DNA of 64,000 nucleotides from a virus: IMG/VR virus record IMGVR_UViG_2554235236_000002; one strand, 5' to 3'. Shown piece by piece: positions 19,033 to 29,320 of this stretch (position 1 is its first letter; each line of letters starts with the position of its first letter). The notes under the pieces were generated by a model. It saw only the letters and a program-made list of their open reading frames with translations, ran no database searches and was not told where the DNA came from. The position numbers and the translations under genes were made by a program.

Positions 19033-19503
19033 TTATTCAGTTTCAAATTTATATCCTGTGTACTCTTCAATAAATTTGATTTTCTCGTAGTCGTTAATCT
19101 TTTCTTTTTTAGCAACTTCAATTAACTGAGCTTTTTCAGATTCGAGCTTAATTTCATTTTCAATGTTTTCTTTGAACGCTTTGAGCGTCTTGTAGGATAA
19201 GATCTGCTTGATTCGTTCCGGAGTAATTACATTTTGCTCGCTGCCTTTTTCTTCTGCTTCAAACCCAAGATGAACCCTAGTCTCTTTGTCGTCAATATAG
19301 ACTTTTGCATGAGAGCCTTTTCCATCTGTGCCCACAAACATTTTTACATTGTCATATACTTGAGATTGAACCTCACCAACTGTAATTTGTCGTATACCGT
19401 TAGCAGGCAAGCGGAAATCTCCATAGCTTTCGAGTTTTTTGAAATACAAATCCCAAGTGCATAAATTTTTAATTGTAATTTTCTTATCTAAATCAATTGA
19501 CAT
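19033..19503 (-). CDS. yonA: Phage protein (156 aa)
   Basis: Size and synteny, downstream of the capsid gene. Confidence 0.7.
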   Translation of the reverse strand: MSIDLDKKITIKNLCTWDLYFKKLESYGDFRLPANGIRQITVGEVQSQVYDNVKMFVGTDGKGSHAKVYIDDKETRVHLGFEAEEKGSEQNVITPERIKQILSYKTLKAFKENIENEIKLESEKAQLIEVAKKEKINDYEKIKFIEEYTGYKFETE

Positions 19504-19556
19504 AATACCCCTCCAAAAAATAGTGTAGGAGGGACAATGCCCTCCGTTAAGATTTA

Positions 19557-20660
19557 TTATTCAGGTACAATTTCGAAATTTTCATCACGAATCAAACCGA
19601 TTTGATATTCTTGGCCTTTAGCAACACCAGCACCAATTTCCATATCAAAGCGAGTCATTTCAGTTCCAGTAACAATATCATTCCCAGTCATCGAAGTAAG
19701 TCCGCCGCGTTGGAATACTTGAAGTGGGGATTTACCACCTTGAGGAATGAAGAAGAGGAGCCCTTCTGGGAGATAAGTTTTGAAGTTGTCGCCAGCCTTA
19801 TTCAACTCAGTTAGGTTGTAAGCATTAGGGAGCTCTACAACAGATGAACCTTTGTATGCATTCAGTAAACCTGTTTTGCGAATTTCCTCCATCACTGCTT
19901 CGGAAAGCTTGGTCGTTGCTGGGTCTTTAGGTACTGCTTCAAATCCAGCAAAGTCATTCAGTTGAGAAACCACAGAGTAATCACCAACAATAGCAGGTTG
20001 TCCAAATCTACGCACTTTTTTGATAAGGTCATCAACAGCGGACTTTGCAATACCTGCAGTCTCAGCAAAGTATTTGACGCCAGTTGCGTTTTTAATGGAG
20101 TTGTACATTTCATTTACAACATAGTACATAGCTTTGTTCATCATATCAACTTGAACTTGAGACATACCTTCCGCCACTTTATCAAGGTTTCCACTCTGAA
20201 TTTCACGATAATTAACCGCATAACCGGAAGAAATGGTTTGAGTGCCAATTGGGTATTCATTCCAAGTTGTAGTTGCAAAAGGAACATCACCACGAGAAGC
20301 TTGGAAATTGCTTCTGATCGACTCATGTGCGTATGTAGTCATCATTGGTTGCTCATCATAGCCAATCTGCCTAAAAGTTCCCATGAAATCAAAAAGCTTT
20401 ACTGCTGATAGAAGTTTTGGCTCAATAGCAAAACGAACAATAGTATTAATTTCAGCCTTTGCTACGGGGTTTCCAGTTACTGCTTGTGCAGCAAGGTCTT
20501 TAATATGTTTCATTACTGTATCAACTTTATTTCCGTGTTTGGATAAGTCATTCCCTAGAGCAACATCAGAGAAAATTTCAATCATAGGTGATTTTGAACT
20601 TAGTTTTGGATTTGCAAACACATCTGTATCACGTCTTGCGTTATTTAACTCAATCTTCAT
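19557..20660 (-). CDS. yonB: Major capsid protein
   Basis: 367 aa after the protease/scaffold gene, followed by a GGAGGG/CCCTCC hairpin. Confidence 0.8.
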   Translation of the reverse strand: MKIELNNARRDTDVFANPKLSSKSPMIEIFSDVALGNDLSKHGNKVDTVMKHIKDLAAQAVTGNPVAKAEINTIVRFAIEPKLLSAVKLFDFMGTFRQIGYDEQPMMTTYAHESIRSNFQASRGDVPFATTTWNEYPIGTQTISSGYAVNYREIQSGNLDKVAEGMSQVQVDMMNKAMYYVVNEMYNSIKNATGVKYFAETAGIAKSAVDDLIKKVRRFGQPAIVGDYSVVSQLNDFAGFEAVPKDPATTKLSEAVMEEIRKTGLLNAYKGSSVVELPNAYNLTELNKAGDNFKTYLPEGLLFFIPQGGKSPLQVFQRGGLTSMTGNDIVTGTEMTRFDMEIGAGVAKGQEYQIGLIRDENFEIVPE

Positions 20661-20685
20661 AGATTAATATCCTCCATAAAATTAA

Positions 20686-21150
20686 TTAGGCTTGAACTGT
20701 CAAGTACAAACCTTTTCCACCAAATGTAGTTTTTTCAAGAATCTTAAGTGAGACTTTATATTCTGCAACGTCATCTCCAGCTTTAACCCATTTTCCGCTC
20801 TTATCTGAAGATGGAACTAAAACATCATTTACAACTAAGGCATCGTAATCCACTACAGTGTCAGCACTTAGTTCAATTGGAAGCCCTACAGCATCAGCAA
20901 GTCGAAATGCTCTTACCGGTTCTCCTTTTAAGATTTTAAAATCATCTTTGTTTCGAATTTCTGGTTGATCAATAATATTCCCAACAACATATACATCGCC
21001 TTTCGCAGATGATGCTGTTCCTGGCGTAAATGCATTTCCTGTTGATTCATTAGGAACAACGACTAAACCAGGGACTAGATCAACAAGAGCTTTACACCGC
21101 GGGTTGTTTCGTACTTGTTTAAAAGCACCGATAGTTCCAAATTTGAACAT
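20686..21150 (-). CDS. yonC: Capsid-associated (decoration-like) protein
   Basis: Between scaffold and MCP. Confidence 0.6.
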   Translation of the reverse strand: MFKFGTIGAFKQVRNNPRCKALVDLVPGLVVVPNESTGNAFTPGTASSAKGDVYVVGNIIDQPEIRNKDDFKILKGEPVRAFRLADAVGLPIELSADTVVDYDALVVNDVLVPSSDKSGKWVKAGDDVAEYKVSLKILEKTTFGGKGLYLTVQA

Positions 21151-21181
21151 AAATCTTCCTCCTAGTTTTCAATAAATATTA

Positions 21182-22354
21182 TTAATATAATTCGTCAATC
21201 GAAACTTCACCGTCAGATCCAGCTTCGTTGACCTCAGAATAAATATCAAGGCTGTCGACATTATTCTTACTATGTTTCTTTTTGCGTTTTGTAATAAGGG
21301 ATTGAGCAATAGCAGAATTAATTTCAGAAATAATTTCTGTTTTGAGTTCGGCTGAAGGAGTTTTAGAGAAGGATTCAATTTTTTCTTTAGCCACTGATCT
21401 TTCTTCTTCGGTGTAAGAAGAGAGATCCTGATTCAGCTCTGTCTTTAGTCTTTCATTCTCTGCCTCTTTTTTAAATTTCCTCAATTCATTAAGTTCAGAT
21501 TCAGCTTTTTCCTTTTCATCTTTAGCTTTTTGGGATTCTTTTTCTTTGTTTTCTGCTTTAGTCTTTTGGTCTTTAGCTTCTTTAATTGCAGCATTTAATT
21601 CTTCAGTTTTCTTTTCTAGTTCTTTATTTAGCTCTTGAACTTTATTTTGCAATTCATTGATTTCCGTATTTTTTGAATCAATTTTATTATTTAGCTCAAC
21701 CAAAACCTCTTCTTGCGTCTTTGCCAATGATTTTTCCTCCTTATATTTAGTGTTCAATTCAAGTAACACAGCAGCATCGTCTGCGGGGTCAATTCCCAAT
21801 ATTGCATCTCCAGAGAAATCAAACTTCATAGGAATACGCCCTTTTTCTTTCCATCCTCCATCATATTCGATAACGTTTCTACCCTCAGCTGCAGATATTT
21901 CAACTGACGTTTCTGGGAAATCTCCATCAAACATTTTGGATTTTAACCATTGAATGAATTTAGGATACCGTTGATTGTATATGTAGCCTTCACCAATTAA
22001 AACTCTCTTTTTATCTCCATTTACTTCTATTGTGTCAATGTATCCGTTGGTGGTAACACCAACTACAGTGCTTCTCTCGAAGAGGGGGGCTCCATCTTTA
22101 ATTTCAGTCATACCGTGTCCAAATGGTTCACTATTCTCGTAGTCGATAAATTCAACACAAAGAGGCATTTCTTTAATTGATTCAAGATTAGCGTTTACAT
22201 ACTTTTCAATCCAGGTAATCCCATTCTTGTTATACTGTGTGTTATTTTCGTGTATTTCGAGAACAACCCACTTAACATAGGTTCTTCCACTAAATTTTTT
22301 TTGATTGTTAATCTCTAAAATTGCGCTTTTCAAATAATAATCACCTCCCTTCAA
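21182..22354 (-). CDS. yonD: Prohead protease/scaffold fusion
   Basis: Globular N-terminal half and coiled-coil C-terminal half; internal AAGGAGG-TTG start at 21727. Confidence 0.7.
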   Translation of the reverse strand: MKGGDYYLKSAILEINNQKKFSGRTYVKWVVLEIHENNTQYNKNGITWIEKYVNANLESIKEMPLCVEFIDYENSEPFGHGMTEIKDGAPLFERSTVVGVTTNGYIDTIEVNGDKKRVLIGEGYIYNQRYPKFIQWLKSKMFDGDFPETSVEISAAEGRNVIEYDGGWKEKGRIPMKFDFSGDAILGIDPADDAAVLLELNTKYKEEKSLAKTQEEVLVELNNKIDSKNTEINELQNKVQELNKELEKKTEELNAAIKEAKDQKTKAENKEKESQKAKDEKEKAESELNELRKFKKEAENERLKTELNQDLSSYTEEERSVAKEKIESFSKTPSAELKTEIISEINSAIAQSLITKRKKKHSKNNVDSLDIYSEVNEAGSDGEVSIDELY

Positions 22355-23889
22355 GAACCAGAAGGGGTTCCATTGCTGTTGTTGGTTTTGGATTTGATTG
22401 TATTTTCATTCTCTACATCATCTAGTTCTGGCCGACCAGCTTTATTATCTGTTTTGCTCATGGTAAAGGATGTTGCATGAACAGGGAATTTCTCATCAAA
22501 CCCTTCTTCTTTTTCATATGCCATCAACGACAAATAAGCATCTGGATTCCATCCAGTTGCCGCTATCCAAGCCGTTAAACTTCCACGTCCGCTTGTGTAG
22601 AGGTCTTTCATATTCTGAACTTTTTCTTTGCGATTAACATGAGTAAGAGGAAGGTAATAAACTTCTACATATGATCTGGGATTTTTGATGATATTGGCAT
22701 TGATGACTTTGTTGAATTCACTTTGGATTTGCTCTAGCCATGTGAATATTTCTGATGAAACCATTTCAATATTTGTAGATTGAGACGAATAATTACCATC
22801 TTGTCCATTTAAAGCTGAACCAGCAAAACCCAAATTCGTTGAGATACGCTTAATTAATTCATCTTCACCTTTGACTTTTAAAAAATCAACATTGGTTTCA
22901 ATCTTATTCAATTTTGTTCCTGCAGCTAAAGAAAAAAATTTCATCCCTTTAACAGCACCTTTTGACATTAAAGCTTTTTTTATATTGTCATGTTGTTGTT
23001 GCTGTTGACCTTGTGTGAGAGCAGATTTTCCTTTTGTCTCACCTTCAGGCAATGTTTGATAAATCAAGGTACTATTCAAATCATCTAAAATATTTCTTTT
23101 GGTGTCGACAAAGTATTCGTCATAAACCATGTCAATAAAAGCTGCTAATCCAATAGGGCGTCCCCATTGATCTTCTAAATCTGCGCTACCTTTAACCACA
23201 ATCGTTTTATTGTTATCAAGAACCTTCCATTTTCTGTTTAGGTCTTTTTTATATTCAAGATATCCTTTCCTAATTTCTTCAGGGAATCTTTTTAGTTTTA
23301 ATGATCTGCCGTTGCCTGTGAATTTATCGAAATAAGAAACATCAAAAGCCATTTGATAAGATGAATTCTTTCTTCCAATGATTTTGCAGTAGTCAACCGG
23401 GAGGGGGAACGCAGAACAATTAAAATCATTAGAGAGGTTAATTTCTGAAATTGATGAGATATCTTGATCGCTTAATATTGAAGGATAATCATCATTTAAA
23501 ACAGATTCAAAATAATAAAAACCAGTACCTTTTAAGCTTAGTTTCCGTATCATGTCGCGGACGATAATTCGATCATTTATTTTTCTTAAGGCCAAGGAAT
23601 ATTTTTCTTTGTCTTTTTTTAGTTGTTCGTGATCACTATTTGTTCCGTAAACAACACGATCTAAAGTAGGGAGGGAGACCATATAGTCAATGACATTACG
23701 ATAAACTCCATTGGAGTTATATAAAAATTCAGAAGTGTCCCTGATTTTTTTATTATAGACATTATGGTCTTTTAACCACGATTTAACTCGATCATAGGTA
23801 ACTCCACTCGGGAGTTCAGTGAAAAATAAAGATTCAAGAGAAGCCATATTTGTATTGAACTCATATACCGGTTCTTTTTCTGTACCCAT
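22351..23889 (-). CDS. yonE: Portal protein
   Basis: 512 aa directly after terminase. Confidence 0.8.
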   Translation of the reverse strand: MGTEKEPVYEFNTNMASLESLFFTELPSGVTYDRVKSWLKDHNVYNKKIRDTSEFLYNSNGVYRNVIDYMVSLPTLDRVVYGTNSDHEQLKKDKEKYSLALRKINDRIIVRDMIRKLSLKGTGFYYFESVLNDDYPSILSDQDISSISEINLSNDFNCSAFPLPVDYCKIIGRKNSSYQMAFDVSYFDKFTGNGRSLKLKRFPEEIRKGYLEYKKDLNRKWKVLDNNKTIVVKGSADLEDQWGRPIGLAAFIDMVYDEYFVDTKRNILDDLNSTLIYQTLPEGETKGKSALTQGQQQQQHDNIKKALMSKGAVKGMKFFSLAAGTKLNKIETNVDFLKVKGEDELIKRISTNLGFAGSALNGQDGNYSSQSTNIEMVSSEIFTWLEQIQSEFNKVINANIIKNPRSYVEVYYLPLTHVNRKEKVQNMKDLYTSGRGSLTAWIAATGWNPDAYLSLMAYEKEEGFDEKFPVHATSFTMSKTDNKAGRPELDDVENENTIKSKTNNSNGTPSGS

Positions 23890-23903
23890 GTTTCACCTCC
23901 TAA

Positions 23904-25658
23904 TCAATTAAAAAAGAATCCAAATGAATATTCATCATCGGATTCTTCCTTTTCTAAGAATAGCGTTATGTAGTAAAGTGCATATGCTGTGGCACTGTAT
24001 CTATCTTTGTCAATTCGTTTAACAACCTGCTCAACTGTAAATGAATTTTGTGTTTTTTTAATTCTAAGGTTTGCGACTTCATCAATAAACAATTGTGTTT
24101 GAATGCAAGCAGCTTCAACCATGACATCATCAGATATTGAAACATTTTTTTTGTTTTTTATATCATCATAGGATTTGAGTAGTTTGAGTTTCCCCGATTC
24201 AACATAATCAAGGAATTGAGTAATGATATCCTGGTTAATCCCTTGAGCCTTAAGATTATAAACAATCTCCGGGGAATTAGGGACATCTGGCTTCTGATCT
24301 GTATTAATTGTAGCCCAACAACCTAATTCTTCATTTGTTTCAGGATCAGTAACATCTTCAAGCAATCGATCAATGAGACCTTGACCTACGCCATTCCCGT
24401 CTACAATGACAGCTTTCACTCTTGAGAGAGACAGATCATGATTCCCGCCGTAATTTTTAAAAACTCTTTTAACCATTATCGATTGTTCCTTGAAATTCAG
24501 GCCATTTGGTGGCTCGATAATATTCACTACATGAACTTGTCTAATTGAATTATTTGAATTACGAATAATTTTAAGAACAACAATAGCAGTTTTGTTATTT
24601 GATTCCGTTTCGGAACGAGAAACGTCAACTCCAATCACGTACTCATTCAATAAGAAATTTTTGTTTTTGTCTCTAGGACAAGATAATTCAGGCTGAGAAA
24701 TTGTTCTAGCTTTGATTAATTTACTGATATTAATTAAAGCACCGTCACTTGCTCCAATCCAGTCACAGAGATAGTTCTGGCGAAAACGAGTAACGTTGCC
24801 CTGTCTAGCTTTATTAATAACAGACATCTTTTGACGACCAAAATGAATAGGGATGCGCCAATCTGAACCAAAAACAAAAGACCCTTTTAGATCACCAGTT
24901 TCTTTAACCATTGTAAGAATCTTTTCATACTCATCCGAGTTTTTGTACCCAGAGGTAGAGAATCGATTGATTTGGCCATTTAATTCAGCAGGATCTATTT
25001 CGCCAGTCATCGTGGTACGAGGAATGTTGAAGATTGGTTCAATTGCATCATCATATAAGTCTTTATCAATTAGAGCAGATTCCTCTAAAGAACCACGTCT
25101 TCTTCGCAATCCCTTTGACGATTGAGCATTTGCGAGGTTATCTATAATTGCTCCATTTTGAAATTCAACTCTACCACTATCCTTAGAAAAGTTTTCACTC
25201 TTAATTTCATCTTTAATAGAAGGGTAGAATCTTAGTATTTCATCATGCTTTTCCTTCCAAATTTTAACCGCAGATTCTTTAGTGGAAGCTGTAATTGCCA
25301 AGGTCACATTAGGGAAGCAGATTGCAGTATGATAAGCTACCATGATTTGCGTAAGAGTTTTTGATCCACCACGAGGAATGCAGAAGTAGTTCTGAGGAAA
25401 ACGACTGAGGGTTCTCATCATGACTCTTTGATATAAATCTAACTCAATTCCACCAACTTCTGGCTTCAACATGTCATAGAAAATATCTGGGTAGAAACGA
25501 ATAAATGAAGTAAACTCTGCCCATTTGGAGATATGTTTAGCAATGAGGTTGGAGCTGTCATCAGGATTCACTGGAGTTTCGAAAGCTGCTTCATAAATAT
25601 CTGATCTGTTTTTAAAATGCTTATTATTTTTTGAGGTGAAATTTTTGTAACTAGCCAT
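23904..25658 (-). CDS. yonF: Terminase large subunit
   Basis: IPRGGSKT Walker A, SLEE Walker B, GVDVS nuclease motif, DKDRYSA C-terminal motif. Confidence 0.92.
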   Translation of the reverse strand: MASYKNFTSKNNKHFKNRSDIYEAAFETPVNPDDSSNLIAKHISKWAEFTSFIRFYPDIFYDMLKPEVGGIELDLYQRVMMRTLSRFPQNYFCIPRGGSKTLTQIMVAYHTAICFPNVTLAITASTKESAVKIWKEKHDEILRFYPSIKDEIKSENFSKDSGRVEFQNGAIIDNLANAQSSKGLRRRRGSLEESALIDKDLYDDAIEPIFNIPRTTMTGEIDPAELNGQINRFSTSGYKNSDEYEKILTMVKETGDLKGSFVFGSDWRIPIHFGRQKMSVINKARQGNVTRFRQNYLCDWIGASDGALINISKLIKARTISQPELSCPRDKNKNFLLNEYVIGVDVSRSETESNNKTAIVVLKIIRNSNNSIRQVHVVNIIEPPNGLNFKEQSIMVKRVFKNYGGNHDLSLSRVKAVIVDGNGVGQGLIDRLLEDVTDPETNEELGCWATINTDQKPDVPNSPEIVYNLKAQGINQDIITQFLDYVESGKLKLLKSYDDIKNKKNVSISDDVMVEAACIQTQLFIDEVANLRIKKTQNSFTVEQVVKRIDKDRYSATAYALYYITLFLEKEESDDEYSFGFFFN

Positions 25659-26683
25659 TAATTTTCATCACCTGTGTCGTAAAGAGGCTCTTTGTAAACA
25701 TCTTCTAAGTCTCTGAAAACATTATTTCGAGCTTTCTTCAATTTATCAATTTCTTCAGACGACAATCCTTTTGATTTAAAATCCTCCTCAAGCATTTCAT
25801 CATAGAATTTATAAATATCTTTGTAAGAAACTTTTTCTTTGTCCTCAAGCCTTCGGTAATAATTGATAATTGCCCAAATGATTAAATCTGCATCATCATA
25901 AGGCTGTGCTGTTAAACGGGGGAGAAGGGGAATAATACCTAATTCTGTCTCCACAGCTTCACAAAGTTGAGAAAGTACATCGACACCACCACTAATATCA
26001 CTTTTACTCAGCTGAGAAACATTAATTTTAGCATCAGTAGCTGCTTTGGATGCCATTGACCCCCATTCTTTAGCTTCTTTAACTTGACCTTTTGCCGTAG
26101 CTAACTCTTCTTTAACTCGAAAACGAATATAAGAAAGTAGCCCTTCTGTGTGAAGTGCTGTTTTTTCTCCATAGTTCCGTATGAGTTTGTTGTACTTTCG
26201 CTCGAATTGTCGATACTCATCAGTGGTATATCCAATTCCCCATTTATCAATAAGTTCATCGCTGATTTCACTTTTATCTAAAGCATTATTTTTTTCTTCA
26301 ATCTTGTCATCTGTATTGGATGCTGTATCACTTTCGAAAATGCTGTCTTTCCATCCAGTTCCGTTGAATTGCCTCAAAGAGTTAGCCATAGTCATATATG
26401 CACTAAATGTATCAGTATCTCTTTGAACAGCCTGTTCCCAATAGAGAGGATCGAATTTAACATCCATTTGTTGCAATACAGTGTACACTGATTCCATGTC
26501 ATCATAATTGATGCTTTTCTTAAGACAAGTTTTACAAATAGGCACTTTTCCAATCTTCTCATACAGCTTGCTTCGAGAATTATAAAAACCTGAGTTCTTG
26601 TCTTTTTCTTTTTGACAAGCAGCGCAGATAAGCTTTTCTTTAACTGTTTTTTTCGCCATTGATACACCTCCAATAAAAAACAA
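25658..26683 (-). CDS. yonG: Zinc-finger protein upstream of terminase (likely start MAKKT at 26659)
   Basis: CAACQK...CKTC; synteny. Confidence 0.7.
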   Translation of the reverse strand: MFFIGGVSMAKKTVKEKLICAACQKEKDKNSGFYNSRSKLYEKIGKVPICKTCLKKSINYDDMESVYTVLQQMDVKFDPLYWEQAVQRDTDTFSAYMTMANSLRQFNGTGWKDSIFESDTASNTDDKIEEKNNALDKSEISDELIDKWGIGYTTDEYRQFERKYNKLIRNYGEKTALHTEGLLSYIRFRVKEELATAKGQVKEAKEWGSMASKAATDAKINVSQLSKSDISGGVDVLSQLCEAVETELGIIPLLPRLTAQPYDDADLIIWAIINYYRRLEDKEKVSYKDIYKFYDEMLEEDFKSKGLSSEEIDKLKKARNNVFRDLEDVYKEPLYDTGDEN

Positions 26684-26935
26684 ATTTTATAAAACGCCCA
26701 GCAATAAGAGGTAGAAGAGAAGAGAAGAGACCTCAATCATCACTGGGCGTTCTAAAAAGGTGTTTTTATTTTATCCTCTGTATTTAAATATTTATATTTA
26801 ATAAAGATTAGTTAAATACAGAGAGAGTGGTAATTAAGTACTAATTATGGTATAAATTGTTTATTTGTATTTGGTAATATGATATAGTTGCGGTGAAAGG
26901 GCTTAAAAAATATTTAAAACAAAGGGGGGAACGAT

Positions 26936-27565
26936 ATGAAAAAATATTTTCCATTCTTTTTAGCCTTTCTACTAGCTTTTGCGACCATCACACCGTCCTT
27001 CGCATCAGCAAAGGAAGAGGGGGGAATTGATGCACCAGCAGGAAGTTTAGAGAGTGAACTTCTTTCACCAGACAGTGATTTTGTTAAATTCTTAGAAGGC
27101 ATTGAGCAGTTGCCAGCTAGTGTTGAAAAACAAGGTCCCGAAAAAGTGGCTAGTTGGTTAACAGAAAAAACAGGGGTTGAAGTCACTACAAACGGTGATA
27201 ATTTAGTTGTTCCGTCTTTATCTGATGTAGATGTAAAAGAATCTAAAACATCTGCTGACAGTTCTGCAATTCAACCCGCTGGAGCGTGGGACTGCGTAAT
27301 CGCTGTTGGTCTTATGATTGGGACTGTCGGCTTCCCACTCTCTAAGATTGTCAAATTGAAAAAAGCCATCAACTTACTCGGCGGCGTAAAGAAAACCGTT
27401 GACAGAATTTACTCTAAGTACAAAAGCTTGAAAAAGCAAAGATGGAGAACAGTAGACGCTTGGAAAGAAGCTGTAAAAAGAACAACCAATAACCTGCCAA
27501 AGGATGTAGGAGAGGCTTTTCTTGATTTCTTCAACATATCAAACGTAATACGACAATGCGTATAG
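26936..27565 (+). CDS. Secreted bacteriocin precursor, closticin-574-like
   Basis: Signal peptide, acidic propeptide ending IQPA, cationic mature part GAWDC...KIVKLKKAINLLGGVKK...RQCV with two terminal Cys. Confidence 0.65.
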   Translation: MKKYFPFFLAFLLAFATITPSFASAKEEGGIDAPAGSLESELLSPDSDFVKFLEGIEQLPASVEKQGPEKVASWLTEKTGVEVTTNGDNLVVPSLSDVDVKESKTSADSSAIQPAGAWDCVIAVGLMIGTVGFPLSKIVKLKKAINLLGGVKKTVDRIYSKYKSLKKQRWRTVDAWKEAVKRTTNNLPKDVGEAFLDFFNISNVIRQCV

Positions 27566-27572
27566 AGAATAG

Positions 27573-27755
27573 GTGATAACCATTAAATCATTTACATTGC
27601 CATTTAGGTTAGCAGTTATCCTTTTGCTCCTTTTCCAAGTCTACTCAATTTGGAAAAACTGGAACACTGGCTTCGGGTCAAATATTATCTCAATCATCAT
27701 TCTTGTAGGTTGTATTATCCTGTTAGCTCTGGACATCATCTTTAAAAAGAAATAG
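27573..27755 (+). CDS. Putative bacteriocin immunity protein (60 aa, 2 TM)
   Basis: Small hydrophobic ORF immediately after the precursor; KKK C-terminus. Confidence 0.6.
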   Translation: MITIKSFTLPFRLAVILLLLFQVYSIWKNWNTGFGSNIISIIILVGCIILLALDIIFKKK

Positions 27756-27763
27756 CCCTAATT

Positions 27764-27794
27764 GGAATCCACTTCACGGTGGGTTCCTTTTTTT
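27764..27794 (+). terminator. Intrinsic terminator of the bacteriocin operon
   Basis: GGAATCCAC/GTGGGTTCC stem plus T-run. Confidence 0.75.
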
Positions 27795-27922
27795 CAAATG
27801 CTGCTGGACTGTTTCAATTTAATAAGTTGTTCCAAACGTCTGTTCATCAATTCAACTTCTTCTCTTTTATCCATCTTCATCATCCTCATCGATTTTTGAT
27901 AAAATTAAAGATTTATTTAGAT

Positions 27923-29116
27923 CTAGGATTTAAAACGAATTATGTATGTAGCCTCAATACCCTCATCATCAAAAACCAAAAATTTCTGTGATGGTCTTGT
28001 GCCAAAACGTCCTTGCATTGCATAATCGTCAGCGCCAACTAAAGCGCCGTTCACTACAACGGTCGTGCTGCCGTATTCTTTTTCATAATTGTGATGAATG
28101 TGGCCACCGAATATGTATGAAGGGATATAGCCTAATAATTGAGGCAAGCGTGTTACACACTGATCAACTCGATCATAGTGTCCGTGAACAAAAACGACTT
28201 CACTATTATTGATTTTTGCTGGAATAAAACCATCTTGCTCAGGTTCAATAGAGATGTTTTCAATGTCTCTTAACCTAGCTTCTAAATACCAATTGATAAG
28301 GTATTCAAAATTTTCCTTGATCCCAACATCGTTTTTAGAAGGGGAGAGGCGACCATGATTTCCTGCAACATTATAGAATCTAATCTCTTGGAACTCGGAA
28401 GCAAACTTAGCCAACACTTCAGCAAGAGTTTCTGATACGTATTTTATTTGTTCAACAGCATCTTCGTTTGCTTGCACTCTCGTTGAAACATGAATGAGCC
28501 CGCCGATTAAATCGCCGAGGTTTGCAATATGCAGCGTAGAAATGTGATTCAACTTTCCATATTCAATGACTTTACTTGTTAAATGTTCCACTCGTTCATT
28601 GAAAATTTCTTTGTTAAATTTGTTAATTCGGTTATCAATCTCCATTCCAAAATGCCAGTCACTAAAAAGAGCAAGCCCATGCTTTTCAGTTGCGACAGAG
28701 GATGGGGAAGTGAAATTGAGCGGCCGCTTTGATTCTAAGTTTAAAATAGCTTCAACTACATCATCTTTAATCTTTTCAAAACGAGCCTGATTACGGATCT
28801 TTTTAGCAAATTCTCTATTTTGATCCCGTTTTCTAACTTTAGCTTTTTCAGATTCAATAAAAAGTTCTTGGTATTTATCTTGAATATCTTTGTCAATGTT
28901 TTTAGACATTATGTAAGCATACCAGCGCTCGTATTGCTTATAATCTTTACGCCACTTACTCTCATCATAATGAGAGCCATGTTCCTTGTTCAGCAGCTCT
29001 GCAATAGTTTTTGTATCAATATTGTATGTATCTTTATTTTTAAATAATCTAATGTGGTAATCAGTAAATGATTCATCTTTATCACGTTGAAGAGCGGGGG
29101 TCAAAACTGCTGTCAT
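27923..29116 (-). CDS. yonJ: Calcineurin-like metallophosphoesterase
   Basis: SDWH, LGDL, GNHG, HGH and GHIH motifs. Confidence 0.88.
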   Translation of the reverse strand: MTAVLTPALQRDKDESFTDYHIRLFKNKDTYNIDTKTIAELLNKEHGSHYDESKWRKDYKQYERWYAYIMSKNIDKDIQDKYQELFIESEKAKVRKRDQNREFAKKIRNQARFEKIKDDVVEAILNLESKRPLNFTSPSSVATEKHGLALFSDWHFGMEIDNRINKFNKEIFNERVEHLTSKVIEYGKLNHISTLHIANLGDLIGGLIHVSTRVQANEDAVEQIKYVSETLAEVLAKFASEFQEIRFYNVAGNHGRLSPSKNDVGIKENFEYLINWYLEARLRDIENISIEPEQDGFIPAKINNSEVVFVHGHYDRVDQCVTRLPQLLGYIPSYIFGGHIHHNYEKEYGSTTVVVNGALVGADDYAMQGRFGTRPSQKFLVFDDEGIEATYIIRFKS

Positions 29117-29128
29117 TCAATCACCATC

Positions 29129-29320
29129 CTACTCATCTTCTTTAACAGGAAGTTCATTTTCTTCTTTGATTGTGATTGACACGTTTTTTCCACTAAACTC
29201 AGAAAGAATTTCTTTAAAATCATAAGTATACTCAGTTTCTTTGGTTTGTTCGGTAATTTCCATTACATCCATATCAAAAAAACCTTTCAAATTAACTTGA
29301 TGAACTTTTTTGCTTGCCAT
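29129..29320 (-). CDS. yonK: YonK-family protein (63 aa)
   Basis: Size, sequence and synteny. Confidence 0.8.
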   Translation of the reverse strand: MASKKVHQVNLKGFFDMDVMEITEQTKETEYTYDFKEILSEFSGKNVSITIKEENELPVKEDE

